Positions 47,941-57,230 of a stretch of 64,000 nt of DNA are shown here, piece by piece. The notes under the pieces were generated by a model. That model was not told where the DNA came from. It did no database searches and saw only the letters and a program-made list of their open reading frames with translations. Made by a program: the position numbers and the translations under genes. Each line of letters starts with the position of its first letter. Position 1 is the first letter of the stretch. This stretch comes from a virus, in UHGV virus genome UHGV-2025275. One strand, written 5' to 3'.

Positions 47941-48141
47941 TTACTTCTCCTTAGTTTTGTTGAGTGAGTTGATATACCTGTGGCCAGTTTTTAACAAGGC
48001 AACCGGGAAGACTACAGCGATGGCAAGTCCGATAAATAAGGCCAGATCGCTTTTAGCTGAGATAAGCGATGGAACCAGTAAACCGTAGATAAAGCAGACT
48101 GATATCACCGCTGAAACAGCCATGAGATAACCCTTGATCAT
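47941..48141 (-). CDS. small two-TM membrane protein encoded immediately upstream of the SPFH gene
   Basis: 66 aa. Two hydrophobic helices. 3-nt gap to the SPFH gene. Confidence 0.4.
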   Translation of the reverse strand: MIKGYLMAVSAVISVCFIYGLLVPSLISAKSDLALFIGLAIAVVFPVALLKTGHRYINSLNKTKEK

Positions 48142-48202
48142 GTGTTTCCTTTTGTCGTTTTGGTGTAGGAATGATAAGTAAGTGCTTATATATTTTCAAG
48201 TA

Positions 48203-48228
48203 TAAAAAAGGCGTCCAACGGACGCCTT
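48203..48228 (-). terminator. rho-independent terminator (minus strand)
   Basis: AAGGCGTCCgttgGACGCCTT + TTTTTT on the minus strand, after the recA-like gene. Confidence 0.6.
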
Positions 48229-48232
48229 GTGA

Positions 48233-49309
48233 TTACGCTTCTTCTGTCTCTGCTGGGGACGACTCTTTCGCTCGCCGTTCGTCTATCGCCTGGAGTGCTG
48301 CGATGATTTCCGGGAGTGGCTTCTCGCGGTACATCTCGACGATCTGCGATTTGGTGTATTTCTTATCGCCAATTTCTACACGCCCGCTGGCGTTCTTGGG
48401 CAGGTATCCTTCCTCCAGCATGTACTCAACCAGCGATTCGATGACGTCCAGCCCGCGAGTCGGGTCGAAGTAGAATTTCCATGAGCATTTGCCAAACGGA
48501 GGTGCGACTTTGTTTTTAATGCACTCGGCGCCAACGTCCTGTCCGATCTTCTCTTTGCCATCCTTCATAACGGATGCGCCCAGACGGATGCGCACCGACG
48601 CGTAGAACTTCGGAGAGTCGCCACCTGGAGACGTCGTCGGATCGCCAAACATCACGCCAATTTTGGTACGCACCTGGTTCAAGAAGATGATGCACGCGTT
48701 GTACTTACGCGCCCAAAGCGCCAGAGTAGGGAAGTTCGCACTCGTCGCGCGCGCCAGCGCCGTGTTGTCGTTCATGTTCAGCTGATCTTTGTCCTTCGCA
48801 GTGCCTTCTGCCATCTTGTCGAACTTCTCAGCCTTCGAGTTCGGAACCATCGACGCCAGAGAGTCGGCAACGATGCAGATAGGGGCTGTTTCCGGGATAA
48901 GCTCTTCGTCGCGCACCAGCTTGAGGATTGTGCCGATCAGCTCGACGGAGTCTTCGAAGGTATCCGGCTGTTTGTAGACCCACTGACCGTCGTCTTCGTC
49001 GGCGTTCAGTCCGTTCGCTACCGCCAGACCAACGTCGAAACTGTTTTCGTGGTCAAGGAATACGGCCAGACCATCCTGTTTCTGTGCTGACACCATTGCA
49101 GCCGTCGCCAAAAAGGTTTTACCGGCGCTTGGTGGCCCGAAGACTTCAACGATACGCCCACACGGAAAACCACCGTCGTAACGTCCGGAAATGGCTTTGT
49201 TCAGTGGAGGGAAACCGGAGTCAATCCAGTGGGAGACCTTCTGGATCTCGTCATTGCTGCCGATTTTCTTTTTCAGCGCCAGTGCCAGTGCGGATTTGCC
49301 TTTTGCCAT
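48233..49309 (-). CDS. RecA/UvsX-like recombinase
   Basis: GRIVEVFGPPSAGKTFLA Walker A. RecA-fold core of 358 aa. Confidence 0.7.
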   Translation of the reverse strand: MAKGKSALALALKKKIGSNDEIQKVSHWIDSGFPPLNKAISGRYDGGFPCGRIVEVFGPPSAGKTFLATAAMVSAQKQDGLAVFLDHENSFDVGLAVANGLNADEDDGQWVYKQPDTFEDSVELIGTILKLVRDEELIPETAPICIVADSLASMVPNSKAEKFDKMAEGTAKDKDQLNMNDNTALARATSANFPTLALWARKYNACIIFLNQVRTKIGVMFGDPTTSPGGDSPKFYASVRIRLGASVMKDGKEKIGQDVGAECIKNKVAPPFGKCSWKFYFDPTRGLDVIESLVEYMLEEGYLPKNASGRVEIGDKKYTKSQIVEMYREKPLPEIIAALQAIDERRAKESSPAETEEA

Positions 49310-49311
49310 GA

Positions 49312-49578
49312 TTAGGCTCCTTTTGATTCGTTGATTCGCTTCGAAGCAGCGGCTTCGTCAAACTTAATTGCGTCGTGGTTCAGGTGTTTGGCGACGCGAG
49401 CGATGATCTTCACGACCTGCTCGCTAACCAGCGCGAACTCACGCTCAGTAGCAGAAATGCCAGCAGCGCCCAGAATGTTCGGCAGCGCCACCACAGCGTG
49501 CTCGCCGTGGCAGAATACAATCTCTTTAGCCAGCATGGTTGGCGTAGTTGCCCCGCCATTAATGATGGATTTAAGCAT
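49312..49578 (-). CDS. hypothetical small protein
   Basis: 88 aa ORF between the flap endonuclease and recA-like genes. Confidence 0.35.
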   Translation of the reverse strand: MLKSIINGGATTPTMLAKEIVFCHGEHAVVALPNILGAAGISATEREFALVSEQVVKIIARVAKHLNHDAIKFDEAAASKRINESKGA

Positions 49579-50573
49579 CAGCAGTACCTCTCAAATGGCA
49601 GAACAAACACTTCCAGATCTTCCAGAAACGACCGGAAATTCAGCTCGTAACACATCTGTTCGAAGGCATTCATGTCGCGTGCGCCTTTAATCGACTCGAT
49701 TTCGCTGGGTGGGAATTTTGTGTCGATAAGGTTCATCAGCATCATGTTGCGCTTAAAGGCTTCGAGCATCCGGCAGCCCGTCTTCTCGTTGAAGGCGTTC
49801 TTTGCCAGCTTGTTGAATGCCGTCTTATAGCGACCCTTATTGATGACAATGGAGCCGTCGTTAATGCCGCGTACCATTGCGGCCACGCTTCCCCACTCAT
49901 GAAGCAGCTCTTTCGCGCCACCATCACCAATGCCGCCGACGCCTTTGATGTTGTCCGAGTTATCGCCCTGCAACGCTTTCGCTTCCAGAAACGCGCGTGG
50001 TGTTGGCAGACCTGTCAGCTCTGCGAACTGTTCGAAGTTCACCTGCTTGTGCTTGGCATCTTCACGCAGGCTTACCCAGCTCACATTCTCGCGAACCAAT
50101 TGGAGCCAGTCGCCATCGCCCGTCAGCAGGTAGATGTGATCGACGGTCGGCTGCGGAGCCAGGCGAGAGACCAGCATTCCAGCCAGGTCGTCCGCTTCTG
50201 CGTCCTTTGCAATGAGTTGGTTAACGCCCAGCGCGGTCATCATTTTCAAGATGTACGGCTTCTGGATGGCAAAGCCTTCTTTCATCTTCTTCATATCCGG
50301 GTCGTCATCGCGATTCGCTTTGTACTCCGGGTAGAAGTCGCGACGTTTGTCGCTGAATCCATCCCACAAGATCATTGGCCGGGCATGGAGAATTGAGGCG
50401 TAACGACGAACGTTCTTCACGAAGCCAAAAGCCGCCTGAACTTCCATCTCGCCGTTGTGTAATTTGTCGGATTGCTGGTGGTAATAGCCCAGGCTGTTAC
50501 CGTCCACAAAGAGATAATTCACCGGTACACTCCTTCCAAAAAGTAAGGCGTCCGTAGACGCCTTACTGGTCAC
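49578..50573 (-). CDS. 5'-3' exonuclease / flap endonuclease (T4 RNase H-like)
   Basis: N-terminal LFVDGNSLGYY. 5'-nuclease (PIN-like) and H3TH-like regions. Confidence 0.7.
   Translation of the reverse strand: MTSKASTDALLFGRSVPVNYLFVDGNSLGYYHQQSDKLHNGEMEVQAAFGFVKNVRRYASILHARPMILWDGFSDKRRDFYPEYKANRDDDPDMKKMKEGFAIQKPYILKMMTALGVNQLIAKDAEADDLAGMLVSRLAPQPTVDHIYLLTGDGDWLQLVRENVSWVSLREDAKHKQVNFEQFAELTGLPTPRAFLEAKALQGDNSDNIKGVGGIGDGGAKELLHEWGSVAAMVRGINDGSIVINKGRYKTAFNKLAKNAFNEKTGCRMLEAFKRNMMLMNLIDTKFPPSEIESIKGARDMNAFEQMCYELNFRSFLEDLEVFVLPFERYC
50536..50566 (-). terminator. rho-independent terminator (minus strand)
   Basis: GTAAGGCGTCtacgGACGCCTTAC + TTTTT after the gp32-like gene. Confidence 0.55.
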
Positions 50574-50582
50574 GTTATGGGA

Positions 50583-51611
50583 TTACAGAGCGTCCAGTTC
50601 AGCCAGCAGGTCGTCGAGACCTTCGTCAGCTGGTTCAGATGCAGCGGCAGCTGATGCTGAAGCACTTGCAGCTGCGGCGGCTTCCGGAGCTTTAACTTCT
50701 TCCGGTTTAGTTTCCGGTTTGAACTCAGCTTCAGCGGCACGCAGGATCTCTTCATCAACCAGGCTGGTGGACTCTGGAGCCGGAGTGTGTGCTGTAGCGA
50801 CAGCAGCTGCGCCTTCCGTATGACCAGTGATAGATCCAAAACCTGGCAGTTCAGCAGCGGCTGATTTTGCAGCGGAAGAAATGGCCGGAGAGGACATTGT
50901 TGCTGCCGGAGCCGCGATACCAATCAGACGACCCATAGTGCGAGCCGTAGACAGCAGACGGGTTTCGTCAGCCTGGTTCGCGTATGCGATCAGATCGTGT
51001 TGGGTAGTCCAGAGCTTCTCAGGAATGTCGCCTTTGTAGACTTTACGTTTCGGGGATACGTCGTACTTGGTGTCACGACCGGAACCGGTACGCTTAATCA
51101 GGAACGCATAGCCTTCTTCTTTGCTCAGTGGGTTGCCGATATCATCCGCAATATCTTCGGACATCACTTTGCAGATATCGTCGAAGACCGTAGACGGCAG
51201 CTCAATCAGTTGGCATTTCTCTGCGTCCGCAAAGTCTTCACGCGCAGACAGAACACCGTTGACCAGATAACGAGGTGTAGCACGCATACTGTTAATGCGC
51301 TCTTCCATCGCTTTGTTGCCCTTAAAGCGAGCACGACCTTCCATAACCATCTCACACAGCTGGCAAGCGTGGCCGTGGGTGTGCTGTTCGCAGATGTAGG
51401 CGGTGGTTACATCTTTGCCTTCCTCATTCTGATGCTTAACGTAGTGCATACCGAAAGTCTGGAAGAACACGCCATTCGGGTCGTCCTTGTTCGGAAAAAT
51501 GCGCAGATAGTTATTGCCGTCTTTCAGACGGGTCAAATCAACGTTATTGCCACGTTTAGAAGCAATATCGCCACGGGTCTTGTTAAGCAGATCAAGTAAT
51601 GACTTAGACAT
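50583..51611 (-). CDS. single-stranded DNA-binding protein, T4 gp32-like (putative)
   Basis: 342 aa. Cys/His cluster (CEQHTHGHACQLCE). Strongly acidic C-terminal tail (EPADEGLDDLLAELDAL). Located between the RNase H and recombination genes. Confidence 0.45.
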   Translation of the reverse strand: MSKSLLDLLNKTRGDIASKRGNNVDLTRLKDGNNYLRIFPNKDDPNGVFFQTFGMHYVKHQNEEGKDVTTAYICEQHTHGHACQLCEMVMEGRARFKGNKAMEERINSMRATPRYLVNGVLSAREDFADAEKCQLIELPSTVFDDICKVMSEDIADDIGNPLSKEEGYAFLIKRTGSGRDTKYDVSPKRKVYKGDIPEKLWTTQHDLIAYANQADETRLLSTARTMGRLIGIAAPAATMSSPAISSAAKSAAAELPGFGSITGHTEGAAAVATAHTPAPESTSLVDEEILRAAEAEFKPETKPEEVKAPEAAAAASASASAAAASEPADEGLDDLLAELDAL

Positions 51612-51730
51612 GTATTTCTCCTTGTTGTGATTGTGGCCATTGGCGCTATGCGCGTTGGGCGTTCGTTTATTCGTGGCTCTTTCGAGCGAGAAGAATGATA
51701 GATCAGTACTTACTTACGATCTAGCATAAA

Positions 51731-52162
51731 TTAACGGGGAGAGTGGAAACGTTCGGCGCCCAAACGTTCAATCTCCACGATAGCCATTTTGGACGCCTGG
51801 ACAATCATGTCGCGGCGGTGAGAGAAGGCGGCTACAGCGTGCTTGTACAGATCTGCAATGTGCTGGGCATCGTCGAGTTTCTGGCGCTTTGCGAGGTATT
51901 GCGGGTTGGTTCTGACCTTCGCCTCCAGTACGGATTCATTGAACTTTATGCCGTTCATGCTCAGGTTCTTACGCTCATTGTCGTAGATTTTTGCCTCAAT
52001 CGCATCGAGGGAGAGTTTTGCATCCGCGACCTCACGCTCTGCCCGCGCCAGCTTAGAGCCATACTCCATCAACAGGCGCGGTTGCTGACGCCAGACTTCC
52101 TCCAGATTGTCGCGGTCGAACTCCAGATCGGACATGATTTTTTTGTAGATATCGGTGCTCAT
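51731..52162 (-). CDS. hypothetical protein (possible UvsY-like recombination mediator)
   Basis: 143 aa basic helical protein in the recombination gene block. Assignment is by context only. Confidence 0.3.
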   Translation of the reverse strand: MSTDIYKKIMSDLEFDRDNLEEVWRQQPRLLMEYGSKLARAEREVADAKLSLDAIEAKIYDNERKNLSMNGIKFNESVLEAKVRTNPQYLAKRQKLDDAQHIADLYKHAVAAFSHRRDMIVQASKMAIVEIERLGAERFHSPR

Positions 52163-52407
52163 TTTGATAGCCTCTCACTTATTAATGTGTATTGATTATA
52201 GAGATTCAGTTAACGCTAATCCAAGATAGACCGTTATGCTATCTGCTCGAACAACTACTTCTTAGGGCTTGTTAATTGCAGGAGTCTCTCCTATTGTGTT
52301 CGTGAATTTTAATTGAAAGAAATATGGATTTTGAAAGGGATAGAGCCTTCATGTTTCCGCACGGTATTTATCATTAATTATTCAAATTAAAAGGAAATGT
52401 TATCATC

Positions 52408-52998
52408 ATGTTTGATATTTATAATTTATTAAAGCAAATAGAAGAGAATACGAAACCTGATAATTCTGCTATTTGGATTGCTATAATATCTTCAATATCA
52501 GCTATTGCTGGCGCTGCTATTGGTGCATTTTTGTTATATCGAGGCACAAACAAGCAAATTAAGTCTGCTGCTGCTACTGAAGATAAAAAATTAAAAGCAA
52601 CTATAATTACCGCAGAAAGACTTCGTTGGCTTCAAGAACTAAGATCAAGAAGTAGTGAGTTTTATGCGAATCTCGATATGAATTACAGCTTATTAAAACG
52701 ACAAATAAATCCGCAGACAACCCCGGCATATCAACAAGCTGGGGACGAGTTGGCGAAAACTGTAATGATTGAGTGTAATCAGATAATTTTGTTACTTAAT
52801 CCAAAAAAACATAATCAACAAACAATGCGCGATAAATGCAATGAGGCTCTTACTTTTTTTCAGGAATGTGTAGAACTAAGAAATAGAGGTAGTTTTAATT
52901 TTGATGATGTAAAATACGCAGAAATAAAAAGTCAGTATTTTAATGCCTTGACAGAAATTGGCATTGAAACATGGAAGCAGATTAAAGAATTAAGTTAG
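52408..52998 (+). CDS. membrane-anchored hypothetical protein in an AT-rich moron
   Basis: N-terminal TM (IWIAIISSISAIAGAAIGAFLLY). Plus-strand gene in a minus-strand context. Island 52180-53090 is far more AT-rich than its flanks. Confidence 0.5.
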   Translation: MFDIYNLLKQIEENTKPDNSAIWIAIISSISAIAGAAIGAFLLYRGTNKQIKSAAATEDKKLKATIITAERLRWLQELRSRSSEFYANLDMNYSLLKRQINPQTTPAYQQAGDELAKTVMIECNQIILLLNPKKHNQQTMRDKCNEALTFFQECVELRNRGSFNFDDVKYAEIKSQYFNALTEIGIETWKQIKELS

Positions 52999-53063
52999 CA
53001 TCTTACTGGTGTAACATGATTAATAACAATCTCTGCGGTAAGTCTTAAGCTGTTTTCAACAAT

Positions 53064-53088
53064 AAGGCTCGCCATCCGGCGAGCCTTA
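53064..53088. terminator. bidirectional hairpin terminator between convergent genes
   Basis: AAGGCTCGCCatccGGCGAGCCTT. Confidence 0.55.
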
Positions 53089-53091
53089 TAA

Positions 53092-53535
53092 TTAAGCGAC
53101 TTTCTTCCCAAAAATGTTGGATAGCGTGACTCTGGTCTGGCGCTTCAGCCGATACTGTCTCACATCGCCAATCTTGTTCACTTCCATAAACTCTTTGGCC
53201 ACCTTCAGTACCAGCCGATTGCGGAACACTTTGAACGCCTCCAACTGTTCCTCTGGGTTATCCGATTCGTAGATCTCCAGCAGATACTGGCACGCCTTCG
53301 GATCTTGCGTTTTAAGCGCCAGCGCTCTGGCACATTTACGTAGGCGACTGATTCTATCGGCTCCATCCAGCCCGGCGAACGCCAGCGCCAAATCTAACGT
53401 GACCGGGCAGTCGATGATTTCCCAGAACTGCGACCGCATGGTGGCCGCAACTGCTTTATTCTGAAAATCCGCAGGGATAGCCACCAGCGCTTGTGCAATC
53501 TTCTGTGCCTCGTTCATGGTGTTCTCTTTGTTCAT
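53092..53535 (-). CDS. hypothetical protein
   Basis: 147 aa, last gene of the dnaE operon. Confidence 0.4.
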   Translation of the reverse strand: MNKENTMNEAQKIAQALVAIPADFQNKAVAATMRSQFWEIIDCPVTLDLALAFAGLDGADRISRLRKCARALALKTQDPKACQYLLEIYESDNPEEQLEAFKVFRNRLVLKVAKEFMEVNKIGDVRQYRLKRQTRVTLSNIFGKKVA

Positions 53536-56500
53536 TTGCTAATAGTCTCCGCTACCTCTGCCAGAATTGCTTCCAGCTTTTCGCCTTCCTCTGGGCGAAA
53601 GTACAAAATGTTCGGGTTAAATCCGTAGAAAACGGTCACATCCAGCTCTGGCAGATACTCTTTGCGTCCAACCAGATCGGATGGTTTGCTCTTGTTGTTG
53701 AAGAGTGACGTCGCCCGGCTGCCACACGTCAGCACATAGGTCGGACGCACCAGATTGATCTCTTCACGCATAAAGTCGGTGAACTGGCCGATCTCGTCTT
53801 TGGTGTAGTCCTTCTCTTTGTCCTTCACCTTTTTGCACACGCCGGTGACGTAGAGATCGCCCATGCGCAAATCGCCTGCAGTAAGCAACTTCGCCTTGAA
53901 GTCGTCGTAGCCATTCTCCATGAAGTAGCCGGTACGCCCATCATTGCCGTTCGCGTGGTCCAGAATGACCATGATTTTCGGCTTAATGCCAATGCTTGGG
54001 CGGATCAGGTCGTCTCCCAGACCCATTTCAGCCGCCATGCGAGTCATCAGTACATTCACTTCAGCAGAGCGCTTAGGGTTCATCTCGAACGGTCGAGAGG
54101 CTTTTACAGCGTCGATCACCAGATTGCCCATCAACTCTGCCTGGTCGCGCAGTCGTTCCGGATCTGTCGCTGGCAGACTGCCAGGCTCAATCGATGCGAA
54201 CGCACCTACTTTTTGCAGTGACTCGCGTACTCGGCTGTTACACGCACGCTTCTCGACCGCTTCCTCAAATTGCTCAAGTGACTCGAATTTGCCGCCAACT
54301 TTCTCACGCGCTCTCATGATGGCCTGGCAACCATTCTCAGAGCAGCCTTTCACAGCAGAGAAGGGCGCATACAGAACCTGGCTGCCGTCTTCCAGCGTGC
54401 GGATCTCAATTCGGTTAGATGACACGTTAACGTCTGGTGGCAATACGCGAATGCCATAGGTCAGCGCATCCTTAACCAGCCCCTGGTGCTTATCCTCGCC
54501 CAGAATGGTGAGCGCAGCAGCGAAGAACTCAGCAGGGTAATGTGTCTTTAACCACATAGACTGATAGCTGATCAGCGAGTAGGCAACGGAGTGTGATTTG
54601 TTGAACTGATACGCACCGTTCTTCTCGAAGGCATCCCAGATCTCCTTAGCTTTCGTCTCAGACAAGCCCGGTTGTGACCCTGTAACGCGTACAGCAGCCA
54701 TAGGCAATTTCACACCTGCCTCCAGCGCTTCTTCGACCGTCCGCAGTGCGCCGTCCTCACATTTGAAGTGTTCCGCGCGGTGAATACGCTGCGTGGTGCC
54801 GTCTTCCATCTCAACGTCGATCCAACCCGCTTGAGCCTGAACGACGAACTTCTCGCCCATGCTCTTCATCTTTTCCATATCCTTTTTACCGATCGCTTTA
54901 CGCACACCATCTGCTTCGGCCATCGTGAAGCCGGCCAGCAATCGTGTCGCGTTCATCGTCTGTTCCTGATACAGAATCACGCCGTTGGTTTCCGCGGTAA
55001 GTTCGTCCAGTACCGGGTGCAGCGACTGTGGAGCCATGAAGCCTTTGGCCACCGAGACATAGTCGTCCAACATGCCGGATTGAATCGGGCCAGGTCGGAA
55101 GAGTGCGGTTGTGGCGACAACGGTTTTGAAGCTCATTGGCTCAATGCCACCGCCCAGATCTTTAAGCAGCTTGCGCATGGGGCCGGACTCCAGCTGGAAT
55201 ACGCCCTGCGTGTACCCTGCAGCGAACCCATCCAGAACCTTGCGATCGTCCAGTGGGATAGCATCGAGATTGATGTCTTCCCCGGTACTCTCTTTGATGT
55301 AGCGTTTCGCGCTATCCAGCAGATCGAGCGTTGCCAGACCGAGAACGTCCAGCTTAATCAACCCCATTGCCTCGCAGTAATGTTTATCGAATGCAATACA
55401 GCGAGCATTGCCACGCAGCTCGACGGGCGTGCGCTCTACCAGTGGAACGCCAGCGACGATCATCCCCGCTGCGTGACGGCCAAAACCACGCATCAGGCTT
55501 TGCAGCTTACACGCCGCTTTGAACGCTTCCGGGTTTTTCGTGGCGTATTTGTCCAGGCTGGCCAGTTGCTCGCGCAGCTCTTCCAGCGACAGGCTATCGT
55601 CCTCCAGATTCTTGAACTCTTTGGATACCGCCATATCCGCAGCGTCGACACCGTAAATACGCGCAGTGTCACGCAGCGCCGAAGCAGCGCCCAGATAGGT
55701 GAAGTTCGGAATACCGGCAACGTAATCTTCGCCATAGCGTTCATTCAGATACTCGATCACCTCATGACGACGTGCCTGGCTGAAGTCCAGATCCACATCC
55801 GGCAAGTCGAGACGTTCAGGGTTAATGAAACGCTCAAACAGAAGACCGTGACGGATAGGATCAACGTTGGTTATGCCTATGCACCACGCCACCAGAGACC
55901 CGGCAGAGGAACCACGACCTGGCCCGACAGGAATGCCAGTTTCACGACTGTGATTCATCAGGTCGCGCACCATTAGGAAGTAGCCACAGAAGCCCAGGCG
56001 GGTCAGAGTGTCCATTTCGTACTTCAGGCGATCAACATACACACGGTGCTCAGAAGCCGGTGGTGTGTAGCCAAACTCTTTGGTAGTAAGACGCTTGCGC
56101 AGCCCCGCGACAGCCAGCTTCATCAGCGTTGCAGGCTCGTCGTCTGCCATCTTGGGCAGTGCTGGTGGCAATTCATGCCAGCGCCATGTGCAGGCTTCAA
56201 TAATGGTGTCCTGCGTTGTTGAGGCCATTGCAGCTGTTACCGGCACATCCATTCGAACGGAGAAGGCTTTCAGCGCTTCAAGGAGATGGCGGCGACCATT
56301 AACGGCGTTATCTCGCTGGTGGGGAATACGCAGACGATGCGGCTGGTCGATTTTGATGTTGTTCGTAACCATGTGCGCAATGTCTTTAATGTCAGCGTCG
56401 TCGACCGCTTCGTAATAAGCGGGATAGAACGCCACTGGCTCTATTTTCAGTGCGCTCGCCACTTTCATCGCCCGGACGTTAATCTGGTCGTAGAATGGGG

Positions 56501-57050
56501 TAGGGTGCGGATAAACCACGCTGTAGAAGTTATCGCGTCCTCCAGCTGTCACCAGCGTCCCGATAATCTTTGCGAAGTCCCGGCGCTGGAATACACTGCC
56601 AATGTCAGACGTCAGCAGGATGATGTTGCCTTTGGCATATGCGGCCGCCAGCTGGTCAAGCGCCAGACGCGGGACAAAGTAGAATTGCTCGCGCTTGTTG
56701 GCTAAGGTCATCAGTTCGCACACGTCGCGATAACCTTGCTCGTTCTTTATCAGTGCCGTGAAGCAGTAGCTGCGATCACGTACCAATGATTCCATACATC
56801 TCCCTGACTCTTTCGCCAGGCGAGCGCGGTGCTCGTATGTCGGATCGTCGACAACATTCAGCTTAACACCACAAATAACCGCCATGTCGTCGCCAGCGGC
56901 ACGCTGCAGGGGGATCACACTGGCAATGTTCATGCTGTCAGCGGAAATGACAGCGGTGTAGCCAGCGTCTTTCGCGATTTTCACCGCGTTTTCTGCTTTA
57001 AGAGCCGACTCTCCCAGGGAGAAGTCAGTTCTGACCATCAGAGCCTTCAT
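53532..57050 (-). CDS. dnaE: DNA polymerase III alpha subunit (DnaE-type, with PHP domain)
   Basis: 1172 aa. N-terminal PHP domain. Polymerase core motifs (GLLFERFINPERLDLPDVDLDF). Confidence 0.9.
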   Translation of the reverse strand: MKALMVRTDFSLGESALKAENAVKIAKDAGYTAVISADSMNIASVIPLQRAAGDDMAVICGVKLNVVDDPTYEHRARLAKESGRCMESLVRDRSYCFTALIKNEQGYRDVCELMTLANKREQFYFVPRLALDQLAAAYAKGNIILLTSDIGSVFQRRDFAKIIGTLVTAGGRDNFYSVVYPHPTPFYDQINVRAMKVASALKIEPVAFYPAYYEAVDDADIKDIAHMVTNNIKIDQPHRLRIPHQRDNAVNGRRHLLEALKAFSVRMDVPVTAAMASTTQDTIIEACTWRWHELPPALPKMADDEPATLMKLAVAGLRKRLTTKEFGYTPPASEHRVYVDRLKYEMDTLTRLGFCGYFLMVRDLMNHSRETGIPVGPGRGSSAGSLVAWCIGITNVDPIRHGLLFERFINPERLDLPDVDLDFSQARRHEVIEYLNERYGEDYVAGIPNFTYLGAASALRDTARIYGVDAADMAVSKEFKNLEDDSLSLEELREQLASLDKYATKNPEAFKAACKLQSLMRGFGRHAAGMIVAGVPLVERTPVELRGNARCIAFDKHYCEAMGLIKLDVLGLATLDLLDSAKRYIKESTGEDINLDAIPLDDRKVLDGFAAGYTQGVFQLESGPMRKLLKDLGGGIEPMSFKTVVATTALFRPGPIQSGMLDDYVSVAKGFMAPQSLHPVLDELTAETNGVILYQEQTMNATRLLAGFTMAEADGVRKAIGKKDMEKMKSMGEKFVVQAQAGWIDVEMEDGTTQRIHRAEHFKCEDGALRTVEEALEAGVKLPMAAVRVTGSQPGLSETKAKEIWDAFEKNGAYQFNKSHSVAYSLISYQSMWLKTHYPAEFFAAALTILGEDKHQGLVKDALTYGIRVLPPDVNVSSNRIEIRTLEDGSQVLYAPFSAVKGCSENGCQAIMRAREKVGGKFESLEQFEEAVEKRACNSRVRESLQKVGAFASIEPGSLPATDPERLRDQAELMGNLVIDAVKASRPFEMNPKRSAEVNVLMTRMAAEMGLGDDLIRPSIGIKPKIMVILDHANGNDGRTGYFMENGYDDFKAKLLTAGDLRMGDLYVTGVCKKVKDKEKDYTKDEIGQFTDFMREEINLVRPTYVLTCGSRATSLFNNKSKPSDLVGRKEYLPELDVTVFYGFNPNILYFRPEEGEKLEAILAEVAETISK

Positions 57051-57228
57051 GTGTTTTTACCTTTCTGGTTTTCTTGATTTTGTCATTGGGGAAGCCAACG
57101 AACTTCCCATACATCGAAATCGCAACCTCTTTGGCTGACTGGTGGCACTCGGGCCTATCCGGACACGCCAGACAAGCCCGGCCAGTTTCAGACGCTGCGA
57201 TAAGAGAGCCGAAACATCCTTTACGCAC
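57025..57228 (-). CDS. small Cys-rich protein (zinc-ribbon like, hypothetical)
   Basis: 67 aa with CLACPDRPEC. Overlaps the dnaE start by 26 nt. Confidence 0.3.
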   Translation of the reverse strand: MRKGCFGSLIAASETGRACLACPDRPECHQSAKEVAISMYGKFVGFPNDKIKKTRKVKTHEGSDGQN

Positions 57229-57230
57229 GA

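Noticed and set aside
54768-55976. 402-aa plus-strand ORF inside dnaE, with other long antisense ORFs (3420..4118, 28728..29465, 33896..34669, 37144..37953, 57393..57905, 60235..60804).
   Set aside because: Each is fully antisense to a well-supported minus-strand gene with clear conserved motifs. Long antisense ORFs are expected at this GC content.
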